A stretch of 64,000 nucleotides of DNA from Candidatus Binataceae bacterium (GTDB lineage Bacteria > Desulfobacterota > Binatia > Binatales > Binataceae). This document shows, in pieces, positions 17,894 through 27,332 of this stretch; the stretch's first letter is position 1; every line of letters starts with the position of its first letter. The stretch is from positions 73 to 64,072 of the forward strand of contig JBOHWK010000169.1 in assembly GCA_050736715.1 (NCBI GenBank), in the 5' to 3' direction. Made by a program: the position numbers and the translations under genes. A model generated the notes under the pieces. That model worked only from the letters and a program-made list of their open reading frames with translations, was not told the origin of the DNA and did no database searches.

Positions 17894-18256
17894 ATGAAGC
17901 GAACCCGACAGCCGGTGCGAATTGTGCCCAAGGGATGGGGCCGCGAGGTATGGATCGCCAACGGGGGACTCTATTGCGGGAAAATCCTGGAAATCCGCAA
18001 GGGCAAGCGCTGCTCGTTCCATTTCCATCGCCTCAAGACCGAATCGTTCTACCTGCGCAGCGGCCGGCTCAAGCTGCGGGTCAAGGAATCGCCTGAGAGC
18101 GCGGAACTCGAGGAGTTCGAGATGGCGGCGGGCGACTGCATGGACGTGCCGCCGGGTTTGGTCCATCAGATGGAAGCGCTCGAGGATGCGGAACTGTACG
18201 AATTTTCCACCGAGCATTTCGACAGCGATTCGCATCGGCTGGAGCGTGGCGATTGA
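17894..18256 (+). CDS. small cupin-domain protein
   Basis: 120 aa; HFHRLKTESFYLRSGRLKL...GDCMDVPPGLVHQMEA matches the cupin two-motif pattern; directly upstream of gmd. Confidence 0.7.
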   Translation: MKRTRQPVRIVPKGWGREVWIANGGLYCGKILEIRKGKRCSFHFHRLKTESFYLRSGRLKLRVKESPESAELEEFEMAAGDCMDVPPGLVHQMEALEDAELYEFSTEHFDSDSHRLERGD

Positions 18257-18386
18257 GGCGCCTGCGCCGCGCCGGCCGCCGGGGTTGGTGTGAACTGACG
18301 CCGATGATATATTTTCGCAGTCAGCCGCCGCTGGTTGGATTTCGCAACGGCGGCGCGGATGAAATCGCCGGGAAGGCGCGGAGAAG

Positions 18387-19403
18387 ATGGCAAAAGTCGC
18401 ATTGATAACCGGCGTGACCGGACAAGACGGCTCCTATTTGGCCGAACTGCTCGTGAAGAAGGGCTACGACGTGCATGGAATGGTCCGGCGCACGTCGAGC
18501 TTCGCCACCGGCCGGATCGATCATCTGCGCAAGGGGGGAGGCGCCGGCTCCGGCGGGCTGGAGCTTCATTACGGCGACTTGGGTGACGGCACCGGCGTCC
18601 GGCGGATCATCGAGCAGGTCCGGCCCGACGAGGTGTACAATCTCGCGGCGCAATCGCACGTGCGCATCTCGTTCGATCAGCCCGAATACACCGCCGACGT
18701 GGTGGGGCTGGGCGCGCTCCGCATTCTGGAGGCGCTGCGCGATCACAGCCAGCGGACCGGACGCGCGGTAAAGTTCTATCAGGCCGGCTCCTCGGAAATG
18801 TTCGGAAAAGTCATGGAGGTTCCGCAGCGCGAGACCACGCCCTTCCATCCGCGCAGTCCTTACGGTTGCGCCAAGGTCTTCGCCCATTGGCAGACGGTCA
18901 ACTATCGCGAGGCGTACGGGATGTTCGCGTGTAACGGGATTCTGTTCAACCACGAATCGCCGCGGCGCGGCGAGAACTTCGTCACCCGCAAGATCACGCG
19001 CAGCGCCACCCGCATCAAGCTCGGTTTGCAGGACCAGCTCGCGCTTGGCAATCTCGAGGGGCGGCGCGATTGGGGTTTCGCGGGCGATTACGTGGAGGCG
19101 ATGTGGCTGATGCTCCAGCATGAGACGCCCGGCGATTACGTCGTCGCCACCGGCGAGATGCATTCGGTGCGCGAGTTCCTCGAAATCGTGTTCGACCGGC
19201 TGCAACTCAAGATTGACGGCCACGTCACGATCGAAGACCGCCACTTCCGGCCCGCCGAAGTCGATCAGTTGATCGGCGATTCGTCGAAGGCGCGCCGGGT
19301 GCTGGGCTGGCAGCCCAAGGTCAGCTTCCGCCAACTGGTCGAGACGATGGTCGAGGCCGACCTCGAACTCGCCGAGCAGGAAAAACGTTCCCGCCGCGAA
19401 TAG
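18387..19403 (+). CDS. gmd: GDP-mannose 4,6-dehydratase
   Basis: 338 aa; [17 protein letters not shown], catalytic SSEMFG...[25 protein letters not shown]; hallmark Gmd sequence. Confidence 0.95.
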   Translation: MAKVALITGVTGQDGSYLAELLVKKGYDVHGMVRRTSSFATGRIDHLRKGGGAGSGGLELHYGDLGDGTGVRRIIEQVRPDEVYNLAAQSHVRISFDQPEYTADVVGLGALRILEALRDHSQRTGRAVKFYQAGSSEMFGKVMEVPQRETTPFHPRSPYGCAKVFAHWQTVNYREAYGMFACNGILFNHESPRRGENFVTRKITRSATRIKLGLQDQLALGNLEGRRDWGFAGDYVEAMWLMLQHETPGDYVVATGEMHSVREFLEIVFDRLQLKIDGHVTIEDRHFRPAEVDQLIGDSSKARRVLGWQPKVSFRQLVETMVEADLELAEQEKRSRRE

Positions 19404-19427
19404 GGCCGCCGGGCGCGCGCCGAATCG

Positions 19428-19907
19428 ATGCCGATAGACAAGAACGAATTGCGCCGCGTGATGGGCCATTTCGCCACCGGCGTGACCGTCATCACCTCGC
19501 GGCGGGCGGCGGGCGAACTGCACGGGTTCACCGCCAATGCCTTCACGTCGGTATCGCTCACGCCGCCGCTTTTGCTGATCTGCGTGGACAAGAAGGCGGA
19601 GAGCTACCCGTGCTTCGCGGAGACCAAAGTTTTCACCGTCAATGTCCTGGCCGCCGACCAGGAAGCGCTCTCGCGCCACTTCTCGGTCAGCGGCGGCAGC
19701 AAGTTCGAGAGCGTGAGCTACCGGCCGGGCGCCAACGGCGCGCCGATTCTGGACGGCGCGATCGCGTGGCTCGAATGCAATGTGCTGAACGCCGTCGAGG
19801 CCGGCGACCATACGATCTACGTCGGGGAAATCGAGCAGGCGGAGACCCCGCGGGACTTCAAGCCGCTCCTGTTCTATCGCGGCGGCTACCGCGAACTGGG
19901 CGGTTGA
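19428..19907 (+). CDS. flavin reductase-family protein (FMN-binding split-barrel, HpaC-like)
   Basis: 159 aa; FATGVTVITS...GFTANAFTSVSLTPPLLLICV family motif. Confidence 0.85.
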   Translation: MPIDKNELRRVMGHFATGVTVITSRRAAGELHGFTANAFTSVSLTPPLLLICVDKKAESYPCFAETKVFTVNVLAADQEALSRHFSVSGGSKFESVSYRPGANGAPILDGAIAWLECNVLNAVEAGDHTIYVGEIEQAETPRDFKPLLFYRGGYRELGG

Positions 19908-19920
19908 CGGCGATAGTCCC

Positions 19921-20685
19921 GTGAGCGAACTGAAGCGAATTCCCGGCCTGAGCGTGTTTTTGCCCTCCCACAACGAGGAGGCCAACGTCGAACGCGTCGT
20001 GCGCTCCTATCTGGCCGAGCTGCCCAAAGTCGCCGAGCGGTACGAAGCGATCGTCGTCAACGACGGTAGCCGCGATCGGACCGGTGAGATCGCCGATCGC
20101 CTCGCCAAGGAAGATTCCCACGTCAAGGCGGTGCATCATCCCGTCAATCGCGGCTACGGCGGCGCGGTGATCTCCGGTATCCGCGCGGCAACGATGCCCT
20201 ACGTGCTGCTCTCCGACGGCGACGGCCAGTTCGACCCCGCCGATCTCGAACTGATGATTCCCTTCGTGCCCGAATTCGACGTCGTGGCGGGCCACCGCGC
20301 CCATCGCGCCGACCCCCTCATGCGCCGGATAAACGGCAAGGCGTGGACGCTGCTCGTGCGCGCCGCGCTGGGAATCACGATTAGCGACATCGACTGCGGC
20401 TTCAAACTGTTCAAGCGCGAATTCCTCGACGGGATGGAATTGCGGGCGCATGGCGCGATGATCTCGACGGAACTGATGGCGCGGATGGCGGGGCGCGGCG
20501 CGAAGGTCAAAGAAGTTGACGTGCAGCATCTACCGCGCGTCGCTGGGGAACAATCGGGAGCGAATCTCAAGGTCGTTGCGCGCGCCTTCAAGGAACTGTT
20601 CGCCCTCTATCGCGATCTTCAGGAAGAACGGAAACGCTCAGAGGCCGCCGGCCGCAGCTCAAGCGATCCGAAAAAGCCCAGCTAA
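19921..20685 (+). CDS. family-2 glycosyltransferase (dolichyl/polyprenyl-phosphate sugar transferase-like)
   Basis: GTG start; LSVFLPSHNEEANV...VVNDGSRDRT...DGDGQ (DxD-type) motifs. Confidence 0.85.
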   Translation: MSELKRIPGLSVFLPSHNEEANVERVVRSYLAELPKVAERYEAIVVNDGSRDRTGEIADRLAKEDSHVKAVHHPVNRGYGGAVISGIRAATMPYVLLSDGDGQFDPADLELMIPFVPEFDVVAGHRAHRADPLMRRINGKAWTLLVRAALGITISDIDCGFKLFKREFLDGMELRAHGAMISTELMARMAGRGAKVKEVDVQHLPRVAGEQSGANLKVVARAFKELFALYRDLQEERKRSEAAGRSSSDPKKPS

Positions 20686-20881
20686 TCGAGTCCATTTTGC
20701 GTACTATTGGCGACGCAAATCGGATAGGGGATGCCCGGTATGGGGCATCGCGGGCGGCAGCCGAACCAGAAAACCGCTTTATTTTAATGACTTTTTGGCG
20801 CGGAAGCGATGGCACGGGTATCGCTATAGTCACGGCGTAGTGTCCATCGCTAACCCAACTTTTTAAGGAGAAACCAACTTT

Positions 20882-21142
20882 ATGAAACGCACTCTGTCAG
20901 TTCTCGCCGCCGCGCTGCTCGCCGGCGCCATGGCGATACCCGCAATGACCCTCGCCGCCGAGCCGGCCGGCTCCGCAGCGGCTCCCACCGCAGTACATCA
21001 CACCAAGCACGCGCACCATCATATCCGCCACCTGAAGCACAAGAAGAAGCTGGCGAAGAACACCACCCAGGCGGTGAAGGCGCACAAGGCGGAGAAGGCG
21101 GAGGCGCACCAGCCGGCGCCCGCGAAGGCGGAGACCAAGTAA
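20882..21142 (+). CDS. small secreted His/Lys-rich protein, hypothetical
   Basis: 86 aa; AAGGAGA RBS; signal peptide then AVHHTKHAHHHIRHLKHKKK... histidine cluster. Confidence 0.6.
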   Translation: MKRTLSVLAAALLAGAMAIPAMTLAAEPAGSAAAPTAVHHTKHAHHHIRHLKHKKKLAKNTTQAVKAHKAEKAEAHQPAPAKAETK

Positions 21143-21355
21143 GAGGATCGAGTTCGGTCCGCAAAGGGCCGGGGGGTGACTTCAACTTCGCCTCCGGCGC
21201 CCGGCCGGACGCCTTCCGAAGGCAACTTCGGGCGCAAGGCGGCCGGCACGGCGCCTTTTTTTGAAGCGCGTGGCGGGACAAAAACGCCGCGCGCTTTTTT
21301 TCCTTCGATTGTTCCTGCTAGCATCGAAGCTGGTTCCCGCCGCCGAGGCGCGCGC

Positions 21356-22081
21356 GTGGAGACCGATAACTTGCTTAATCGCGTAAGCCCGCTGGTGATT
21401 GTAATGCTGCTGGCGGCACTGGCGGCCGCTCCGCCGATTCGCGCTTGGGCGGACACGCATCCCGCTTCCTACGACAACGAAATCTGCGACCCGCTCGCCG
21501 ATTATTTTCTCGGCATGGAGGATTACCCCGAGGCGATTCGCCGCCATCTCATCGTCATCCATGAGCATCCCAACAATGCCCTTGCGCATTACCACCTGGG
21601 ATTCGCCTATGGCATGATGGGGGAACACCGGCGCGAGTTGGCCCAATATCGAAAAGCGGTGGATTTGGGCCTCGACAACTGGGAGTTGTTCCTGAATTTG
21701 GGGCTGCTGTACTTGGAGAGCGGCCACATTCGCGACGCAGCTCACGTGCTGCAGTTGGCGGCCTTGCTCGGCCCCGGCCATCCGGAGACTCATTTCAATC
21801 TGGCGCTGGCTTACGAGCGAAGCGGCGCGTTCGCCCAAGCGGAGCAGGAAGCGCTGATCTCGCTCGAAATCGATCCGAATCAGCTCGACGCGCGCAACAC
21901 GCTGGGCACGATCTACGCCGAGGAGGGAAATTTGCGCCGCGCAAAGGAGGAATGGACCGAATTGATCGAGGCGAATCCCGCCTACACGCCGGCGCGCGCC
22001 AATCTCGCGATTTTGCGCCGCCACATGGAGGCGGCCCCGGTCAAGGGCTTGAGGGATACCAGCTTTACTCACTCCCAATAA
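21356..22081 (+). CDS. TPR-repeat protein (secreted)
   Basis: Several TPR-like helical repeats (ALAHYHLGFAYGMMGEHRRELAQYRKAVDL..., THFNLALAYERSGAFAQAEQ...); start uncertain (GTG 21356 or ATG 21404). Confidence 0.65.
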   Translation: METDNLLNRVSPLVIVMLLAALAAAPPIRAWADTHPASYDNEICDPLADYFLGMEDYPEAIRRHLIVIHEHPNNALAHYHLGFAYGMMGEHRRELAQYRKAVDLGLDNWELFLNLGLLYLESGHIRDAAHVLQLAALLGPGHPETHFNLALAYERSGAFAQAEQEALISLEIDPNQLDARNTLGTIYAEEGNLRRAKEEWTELIEANPAYTPARANLAILRRHMEAAPVKGLRDTSFTHSQ

Positions 22082-22115
22082 AGAGGCAAAGTGAAGAAAG
22101 GAAGCTGAGGAAGCG

Positions 22116-23372
22116 GTGGAATCGGCGGAGATGGTAAAACCTTGGCGGCTCGCCCGCGCGGCGGCCTTGGCGGTGGCGGCGGTGGTTCTGCTTGCACCGG
22201 CGCTAGCCTGCGCGAGCACTTACGTATCGCACCATCGCCGCTATCATCGCCACCATCGAGCGGTCCACAGGGCGGCGCACGTTCCGCTCTATCACGGCGC
22301 GCTTTTGGAAGATGCCGGCACCGGGCGGGTTCTGTACGCCTATAACGCCGGGATGGAATGGCCGCCGGCCTCGATGGCGAAGATGACGCTGCTGTTGGTC
22401 ACGGAGGAGCAAATCAGGCAGGGCCGGGTTCATCTGTCCGATCCGGTGCGAATCTCCGAACGGTCCGCGCATACCAGTGGCTCGCGCCTCGGCTTGCGGG
22501 AGGGGCAGGTCTTTCCGCTGGGAGAACTGATGAAGGCCGCGCTGGTGAAATCGGCCAACGACGCGGCGGTCGCGGTCGCGGAAAAGATCGGCGGATCGGT
22601 CGAGGGGGCGGTGCGCATGATGAACGCGCAGGCCAAGGCGCTCGGCATGAAACATACCGAATTTCATACCGTGGACGGACTGCCGCCGCGCCCGGGGCAT
22701 GACGTCGATCGCACGACCGCCTACGATCTGGCCATCGTCGCACGCGCGCTGATTCATCGGACGCCGCTTTTGCAATGGTCGTCGCACTCGAAATTGCCCT
22801 TCGACGGCGGCCGGTGCATGTTGCACAACACCAACCACCTGATCGGCCATTTCTACGGATGCGACGGCCTCAAGACTGGTTTCACTTGGCAGGCGGGATT
22901 CAACGTTACCGTGACCGCCAAGCGCGGCGATATGCGGCTCGTCGGAGTGATTCTGGGAGCGCCCTCCAACGCGGAGCGATTCATTCAGGCGGCGAAGCTG
23001 CTCAATTGGGGCTTCGCCAACTTCACCGCGGTCCCGCTCTTGCGCTCGGGCCAGGTGCTGCCGGTGACGGTTCAGGTGCGATCGGGGCCGGCGGTGCGGC
23101 CGTATGCCGCGCACGCGCTCAATGTTGTGGTGCGCAAGAGCACAGCGGACGCGGTCCAGGTGGTTTACGACGTTCCGCATTCGGTCGTCGGGCCGGTTTA
23201 TACCGGAGAGCCGCTGGGCCAGGTGGTGGTGCGCGATGGCGCTTCGGTGGTGACGGAAATGCCGGCGCTGTGCCCGATCGATTTTCGGCCGGCGGCGCTC
23301 ACGCCGTTCGATCGCGGCCAGGCTGAACGCAACGCGGCGGCGGCGCGAAATTACGGGGACGAGGGATATTAA
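22116..23372 (+). CDS. D-alanyl-D-alanine carboxypeptidase (S11 peptidase, PBP5/6-like)
   Basis: Signal peptide; SxxK (ASMAK), SxN (KSAND), KTG (LKTGFT) active-site triad motifs. Confidence 0.85.
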   Translation: MESAEMVKPWRLARAAALAVAAVVLLAPALACASTYVSHHRRYHRHHRAVHRAAHVPLYHGALLEDAGTGRVLYAYNAGMEWPPASMAKMTLLLVTEEQIRQGRVHLSDPVRISERSAHTSGSRLGLREGQVFPLGELMKAALVKSANDAAVAVAEKIGGSVEGAVRMMNAQAKALGMKHTEFHTVDGLPPRPGHDVDRTTAYDLAIVARALIHRTPLLQWSSHSKLPFDGGRCMLHNTNHLIGHFYGCDGLKTGFTWQAGFNVTVTAKRGDMRLVGVILGAPSNAERFIQAAKLLNWGFANFTAVPLLRSGQVLPVTVQVRSGPAVRPYAAHALNVVVRKSTADAVQVVYDVPHSVVGPVYTGEPLGQVVVRDGASVVTEMPALCPIDFRPAALTPFDRGQAERNAAAARNYGDEGY

Positions 23373-23497
23373 TGAAGGTCGCTTCCAAACAGAGAAACCG
23401 CCGCAATCGCCGGCTCGCCCTTAAGCGCCGCGACGATCCCGTTCAGGCCCGGGCGCGCAAGCGCCGGATGCGCAAGTCGCGGGTGCGCGGCCGCTAG
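23372..23497 (+). CDS. tiny polybasic protein (41 aa), hypothetical; absent from the provided ORF track (below its length cutoff)
   Basis: ATG overlapping the TAA of the upstream gene (TAATG), GAGGG 7 nt upstream; MKVASKQRNRRNRRLALKRRDDPVQARARKRRMRKSRVRGR. Confidence 0.35.
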   Translation: MKVASKQRNRRNRRLALKRRDDPVQARARKRRMRKSRVRGR

Positions 23498-23553
23498 CCG
23501 CCAACGCGCATTCTTCCCAGCCTAGAACGCGGCAACTCGCGCGGCTACGGCGG

Positions 23554-23892
23554 TCAGGGGCCGCGCGGCCCGATATCGTGCGAATAGGGATTCGGCTGCT
23601 GGACGCCCCATTGATTGCCCGGCAGATTTGAAGCGGGCGGCTCCGGAGGAGGGCTGGCATCGGGCGCCTGAATTTCGCCGCCGCCGGGAATCGGAATCGT
23701 CACGGTATCGGAATTGGCGGCTGCGGCGGGCTGCCGGATCGGAATGCTCGCCGGCGGTGCATAGTTGCTCGCGCCGGTGCCGTAGGCGGTATTCGGCATC
23801 GCCGCTCCCGAATCTTGCGCGCGAGCCGCGGCGGGTAAAATCGCGGCTGCCACCGCAAAGATCGACACCAGCAAAATCGTTCGGTGCAGCAT
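23554..23892 (-). CDS. small secreted Pro/Ala-rich protein, hypothetical
   Basis: 112 aa; N-terminal signal peptide (LLVSIFAVAAAILPAAARA); convergent with the carboxypeptidase gene; weak RBS. Confidence 0.4.
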   Translation of the reverse strand: MLHRTILLVSIFAVAAAILPAAARAQDSGAAMPNTAYGTGASNYAPPASIPIRQPAAAANSDTVTIPIPGGGEIQAPDASPPPEPPASNLPGNQWGVQQPNPYSHDIGPRGP

Positions 23893-24049
23893 TTAGGGCA
23901 ATTCGGCGGCATTGCGCCGGTTCATTCAAGTTAGCACGGATGGATTCGCCAGACATGATGCGAGCGGTTTGCCGGCCGCGGAGGCCGGCGCCGGCCCGAT
24001 GCCCGCGATGGCTCGCGGCGCGCGACACCCGTATAATAGCGATTCGTTC

Positions 24050-24844
24050 ATGCGTTCGTTCCGCATTCTTCCGGCATTGTGCGCGGCGCTGCTCGCCGCG
24101 GCGGCTTTCGGCGCCGAAACCGGGCAGCTTAAGCTCGACGTGATGGGCGCGCTTGGCGCGGGCGCGCGGAATCCCGCGCGCGTGATCGCGGCGAACGGCA
24201 CGGAGGCGGGACAAGTCGCGCCCGGAGCGTCGATCGCTTTGCCGCCCGGCAACTACCGGCTCGTTCTGCCGATCGTCGGCGGCGAAATCGTCAAAGACGA
24301 GGTTCAAATCGAGGCGGGACGGACGCACACCGTGCGAATCGAGAATGTCGCCGTGCTGGAAGTGAGCGTAAAGAACAGTGCCGGCAAAGACCCCGGCTTC
24401 GGCGTGACCGTGACCGCCGCCGATCCGCCGCACGCGAAGATGGCGAATTTTCTCACCGGCGACAAAATCCTGTTCGCGCCGTCCGCCGTCGATGTTCACG
24501 CGGACGCTCCGCCGCAGGGCTACGATTGGAACGCGGTGGCGCTCGCGCCGGGCCATCGCACGCGGCTGACTCTCGACGCGATCGTTGCGGCGGAATTGAC
24601 GGTCCAACCCGAATTGGCAGGCGTTGATATCGACCGCGCGGCGCGGGTGGTGGTCCTGCGCGCCGGCACGCAGCATCAGGTGGCCGCGAGCGATCCGGGG
24701 CCGGCGCATCGGTTCAAGCTTCAGCCGGGCGACTACGACATTTTTGTGGAGAACCGCTCCGGCAAAGGAAAACCTTACACGACGATCTCCGGGGTGCATT
24801 TGGAGTCCGGTGCAAGGGTGGAACGCACGGCGCCGCTGGATTAG
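24050..24844 (+). CDS. secreted hypothetical protein
   Basis: Start chosen at MRSFRILPALCAALLAAAAFGAE (signal peptide); TATAAT at 24032-24037 just upstream; the longer upstream-extended ORF in the track has no signal logic. Confidence 0.5.
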   Translation: MRSFRILPALCAALLAAAAFGAETGQLKLDVMGALGAGARNPARVIAANGTEAGQVAPGASIALPPGNYRLVLPIVGGEIVKDEVQIEAGRTHTVRIENVAVLEVSVKNSAGKDPGFGVTVTAADPPHAKMANFLTGDKILFAPSAVDVHADAPPQGYDWNAVALAPGHRTRLTLDAIVAAELTVQPELAGVDIDRAARVVVLRAGTQHQVAASDPGPAHRFKLQPGDYDIFVENRSGKGKPYTTISGVHLESGARVERTAPLD

Positions 24845-24873
24845 ATTGGGACGCTCGAATTAGGGAGGACATA

Positions 24874-25008
24874 ATGGCAAGCGAACGGCAGCGCGAAATC
24901 AAACGGCGGCGCAAACGCCGCGAGAAGCGGATCAAAGCGAAAGTCCGGGAGGCGCGGCGGCATAAGAAAAAGCCCGCCAAAGAGGCCACCGCGCCGCCGG
25001 CGCATTGA
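24874..25008 (+). CDS. tiny polybasic protein (44 aa), hypothetical; absent from the provided ORF track (below its length cutoff)
   Basis: Perfect GGGAGG RBS 7 nt upstream; MASERQREIKRRRKRREKRIKAKVREARRHKKKPAKEATAPPAH. Confidence 0.4.
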   Translation: MASERQREIKRRRKRREKRIKAKVREARRHKKKPAKEATAPPAH

Positions 25009-25167
25009 GCGGATCGGCCGTCCCTTGACGGGAGCGATCGGGCTGGTTAAATTCCAAGCATGAGACTTAGTTGGCCGCTTTAATCGCATTATTCACCGCA
25101 GGGCCGCTACCGGGATCGGAACCGGTGCGGTCGCATCGCAACAATTAACCAATGGCAGGTAACGGCA

Positions 25168-25806
25168 ATGGCGCTTCATATTGGAAGTATCGCACCGGAT
25201 TTCACCCAGGAATCGACTGAGGGAACGATCAAGTTTCACGACTGGATCGGCGGCCAGTGGACGATTCTGTTTTCGCATCCCAAGGATTTCACTCCCGTCT
25301 GCACCACGGAACTGGGCATGGTCGCCAAACTCAAGCCCGAATTCGACAAACGCGGCATCAAGTCGATCGGCATCAGCGTTGACGACGTCGAGTCGCACAA
25401 GAAATGGGTCAAGGACATCGAGGAGACTCAGGGCTGCAAGATAAACTTCCCGATCCTGGGCGACGCCGACAAGCAGGTCTCGAAGCTCTACGACATGATC
25501 CATCCCGAATGGAACGACACGCTGACCGTGCGCTCGGTATTCGTGATCGACAACAACAAGAAAATCCGCCTGATGCTCACCTATCCCGCGAGCACTGGGC
25601 GCAATTTTCAAGAGATTCTGCGCGCGATCGATTCGCTTAGGCTGACCGACAAATATTCCGTCGCGACTCCGGTCGATTGGAAGAAGGGCGAGGACGTGAT
25701 TATCGCGCCGTCGCTGCAGGACCCCGAGGTGCTCAAAAAGAAGTTTCCCAAAGGATACAAGGCGGTGAAACCTTACCTGCGCATCACGCCTTATCCTGGG
25801 GATTAA
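25168..25806 (+). CDS. 1-Cys peroxiredoxin (Prx6-type)
   Basis: 212 aa; FTPVCTTE peroxidatic-Cys motif; overall Prx6 architecture; GC noticeably lower than neighbours. Confidence 0.9.
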   Translation: MALHIGSIAPDFTQESTEGTIKFHDWIGGQWTILFSHPKDFTPVCTTELGMVAKLKPEFDKRGIKSIGISVDDVESHKKWVKDIEETQGCKINFPILGDADKQVSKLYDMIHPEWNDTLTVRSVFVIDNNKKIRLMLTYPASTGRNFQEILRAIDSLRLTDKYSVATPVDWKKGEDVIIAPSLQDPEVLKKKFPKGYKAVKPYLRITPYPGD

Positions 25807-25869
25807 CGGCCGGCACGGCGAACGGCGCCGCGTTGACAAGGCTTGCGCCGAACCGGACAATTAACCGCA

Positions 25870-26064
25870 ATGGCGCGAATAACCGTTGAAGATTGCCTCG
25901 ATCGGATTCCCAACCGCTTTGAATTGGTGCTGGGCGCGGTGCGCCGCTCGAAGCAACTGCTGAAGGGCGCGCGCCCGCTGGTCGAATCGGACAACAAGGA
26001 AGTCGTGACCGCGCTGCGCGAAATCGCGGCCGGCAAGGTCACGATCGAAAACCCGGAGCCGTAG
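25870..26064 (+). CDS. rpoZ: DNA-directed RNA polymerase subunit omega
   Basis: [30 protein letters not shown]... canonical RpoZ N-terminus; 64 aa. Confidence 0.85.
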   Translation: MARITVEDCLDRIPNRFELVLGAVRRSKQLLKGARPLVESDNKEVVTALREIAAGKVTIENPEP

Positions 26065-26161
26065 CCGCGGGCGAACCGATTCGCCCGTCCGCCCTCCCGG
26101 CACGGGCGAAATCCTCCCGGCCGCGCCGATCCGCGGGCAGGCGCCCGCGTCCCGATTCACG

Positions 26162-27298
26162 ATGCGGAGCAGTTCCGTGGCTCGCAAAACCGCAATGCCG
26201 TCCCGCCCACGACAGCCGCCGAAGCGCGCGCGGCCGCGCGAGGCGGAGGTGCATGCGCCCGCGCCGATCGAAATCGAGGCACCCGCGGGCGAGACCGAGC
26301 CGGAGCGCGGCGGCTTTCCCGCTCCCGATTCCGAAGTTGCGCAAGCCGGCGCCCAATCCAGTCACGGCGAGGACGCTCCGGCCGACGCCGAACTCGAACC
26401 GTCCGAGGCCGAACCGCCCTCCATTGCGGACGAGAACGACTCCGGCGCGCTCGTTCCCGCCGAACCGCTCGGGCGCTATTTGGCCGAGATTCGCCGCTTC
26501 CCGCTGCTGACGCGCGAGGAGGAGGTGAAAATCGCACGGCGGTACGTCAGGGGCCGCGACCCCGCCGACGCCTACCGGCTGGTTACCGCCAACTTGCGCC
26601 TCGTCGTAAAGATCGCCTACGAATTCTCGCGCGCCGCGCGCAACCTCCTCGATCTGATTCAGGAGGGCAACGTCGGGTTGATGGAGGCGGTGAAGAATTT
26701 CGATCCCGAGCATGGCGTCCGCTTCCCGTCGTACGCGGTGTGGTGGATCCGCGCCTATATCTACCGCTATCTGATCAACAATTGGCGGCTCGTGAAAATC
26801 GGCACCACGCAGGCCCAGCGCAAGCTGTTTTTCAATCTGCGCAAGGAGACCGAAAAGCTCGAGGCGCAGGGCTTCAAGCCGCAGCCGCTCCTGCTCGCCC
26901 ATCGCCTGGGCGTCAAGGAGAGCGAAGTCCGCGAGATGCAAGCGCGGCTCGGCCACAGCGAAGTCTCGCTCGATCAGCCGGCCGCGCCCGGCGGCGAGAC
27001 GCGGCTAATCGACACGCTGTCCGATTCGGAGGGCAATCCCGAAGCGGAAATCGGGAACCGCGAAACGGAGCGCTTCGCACGCGAGCAAGTTGAACGATTC
27101 GCCGCCACGCTCGAAGGCAAAGAGCGCGAAATTTTCAATTCGCGGCTGCTCGCCGCCGAGCCGCCGCCGCTCCGCGAGCTCGGCGTACGCCTGGGAATCA
27201 GCCGCGAGCGCGTTCGCCAGATCGAGGCCCGGCTAAAGCGCCGCCTCAAGGAATTCGTCGAGCGCACCGCGCCCGGCGGAGTCGCGGGGCCGTTCTGA
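26162..27298 (+). CDS. rpoH: RNA polymerase sigma-32 (heat-shock sigma factor) with a long acidic N-terminal extension
   Basis: RpoH box AQRKLFFNLRKE; region 2 (LIQEGNVGLMEAVKNFDPEHGVRFPSYAVWWIRAYI) and region 4 HTH (RLGISRERVRQIEARLKRRL); ~95-aa Pro/Glu/Ala-rich N-terminus with no alternative internal start. Confidence 0.8.
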   Translation: MRSSSVARKTAMPSRPRQPPKRARPREAEVHAPAPIEIEAPAGETEPERGGFPAPDSEVAQAGAQSSHGEDAPADAELEPSEAEPPSIADENDSGALVPAEPLGRYLAEIRRFPLLTREEEVKIARRYVRGRDPADAYRLVTANLRLVVKIAYEFSRAARNLLDLIQEGNVGLMEAVKNFDPEHGVRFPSYAVWWIRAYIYRYLINNWRLVKIGTTQAQRKLFFNLRKETEKLEAQGFKPQPLLLAHRLGVKESEVREMQARLGHSEVSLDQPAAPGGETRLIDTLSDSEGNPEAEIGNRETERFAREQVERFAATLEGKEREIFNSRLLAAEPPPLRELGVRLGISRERVRQIEARLKRRLKEFVERTAPGGVAGPF

Positions 27299-27332
27299 TC
27301 GCGCCCTCTCGCATTTGAACATACGATAGAGT

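Noticed and set aside
21235-21300. Two GC-core/T7-tract elements after the His-rich gene as intrinsic terminators
   Set aside because: The stems are very short (GGCGCC, GCGCGC) and flanked by A-tracts as well. They may act as weak bidirectional terminators but are too marginal to call.
25168-25806. Peroxiredoxin gene as a horizontally acquired low-GC gene
   Set aside because: GC is lower than its neighbours, but highly conserved, highly expressed enzymes often deviate. Without flanking repeats or other island features this is not compelling.
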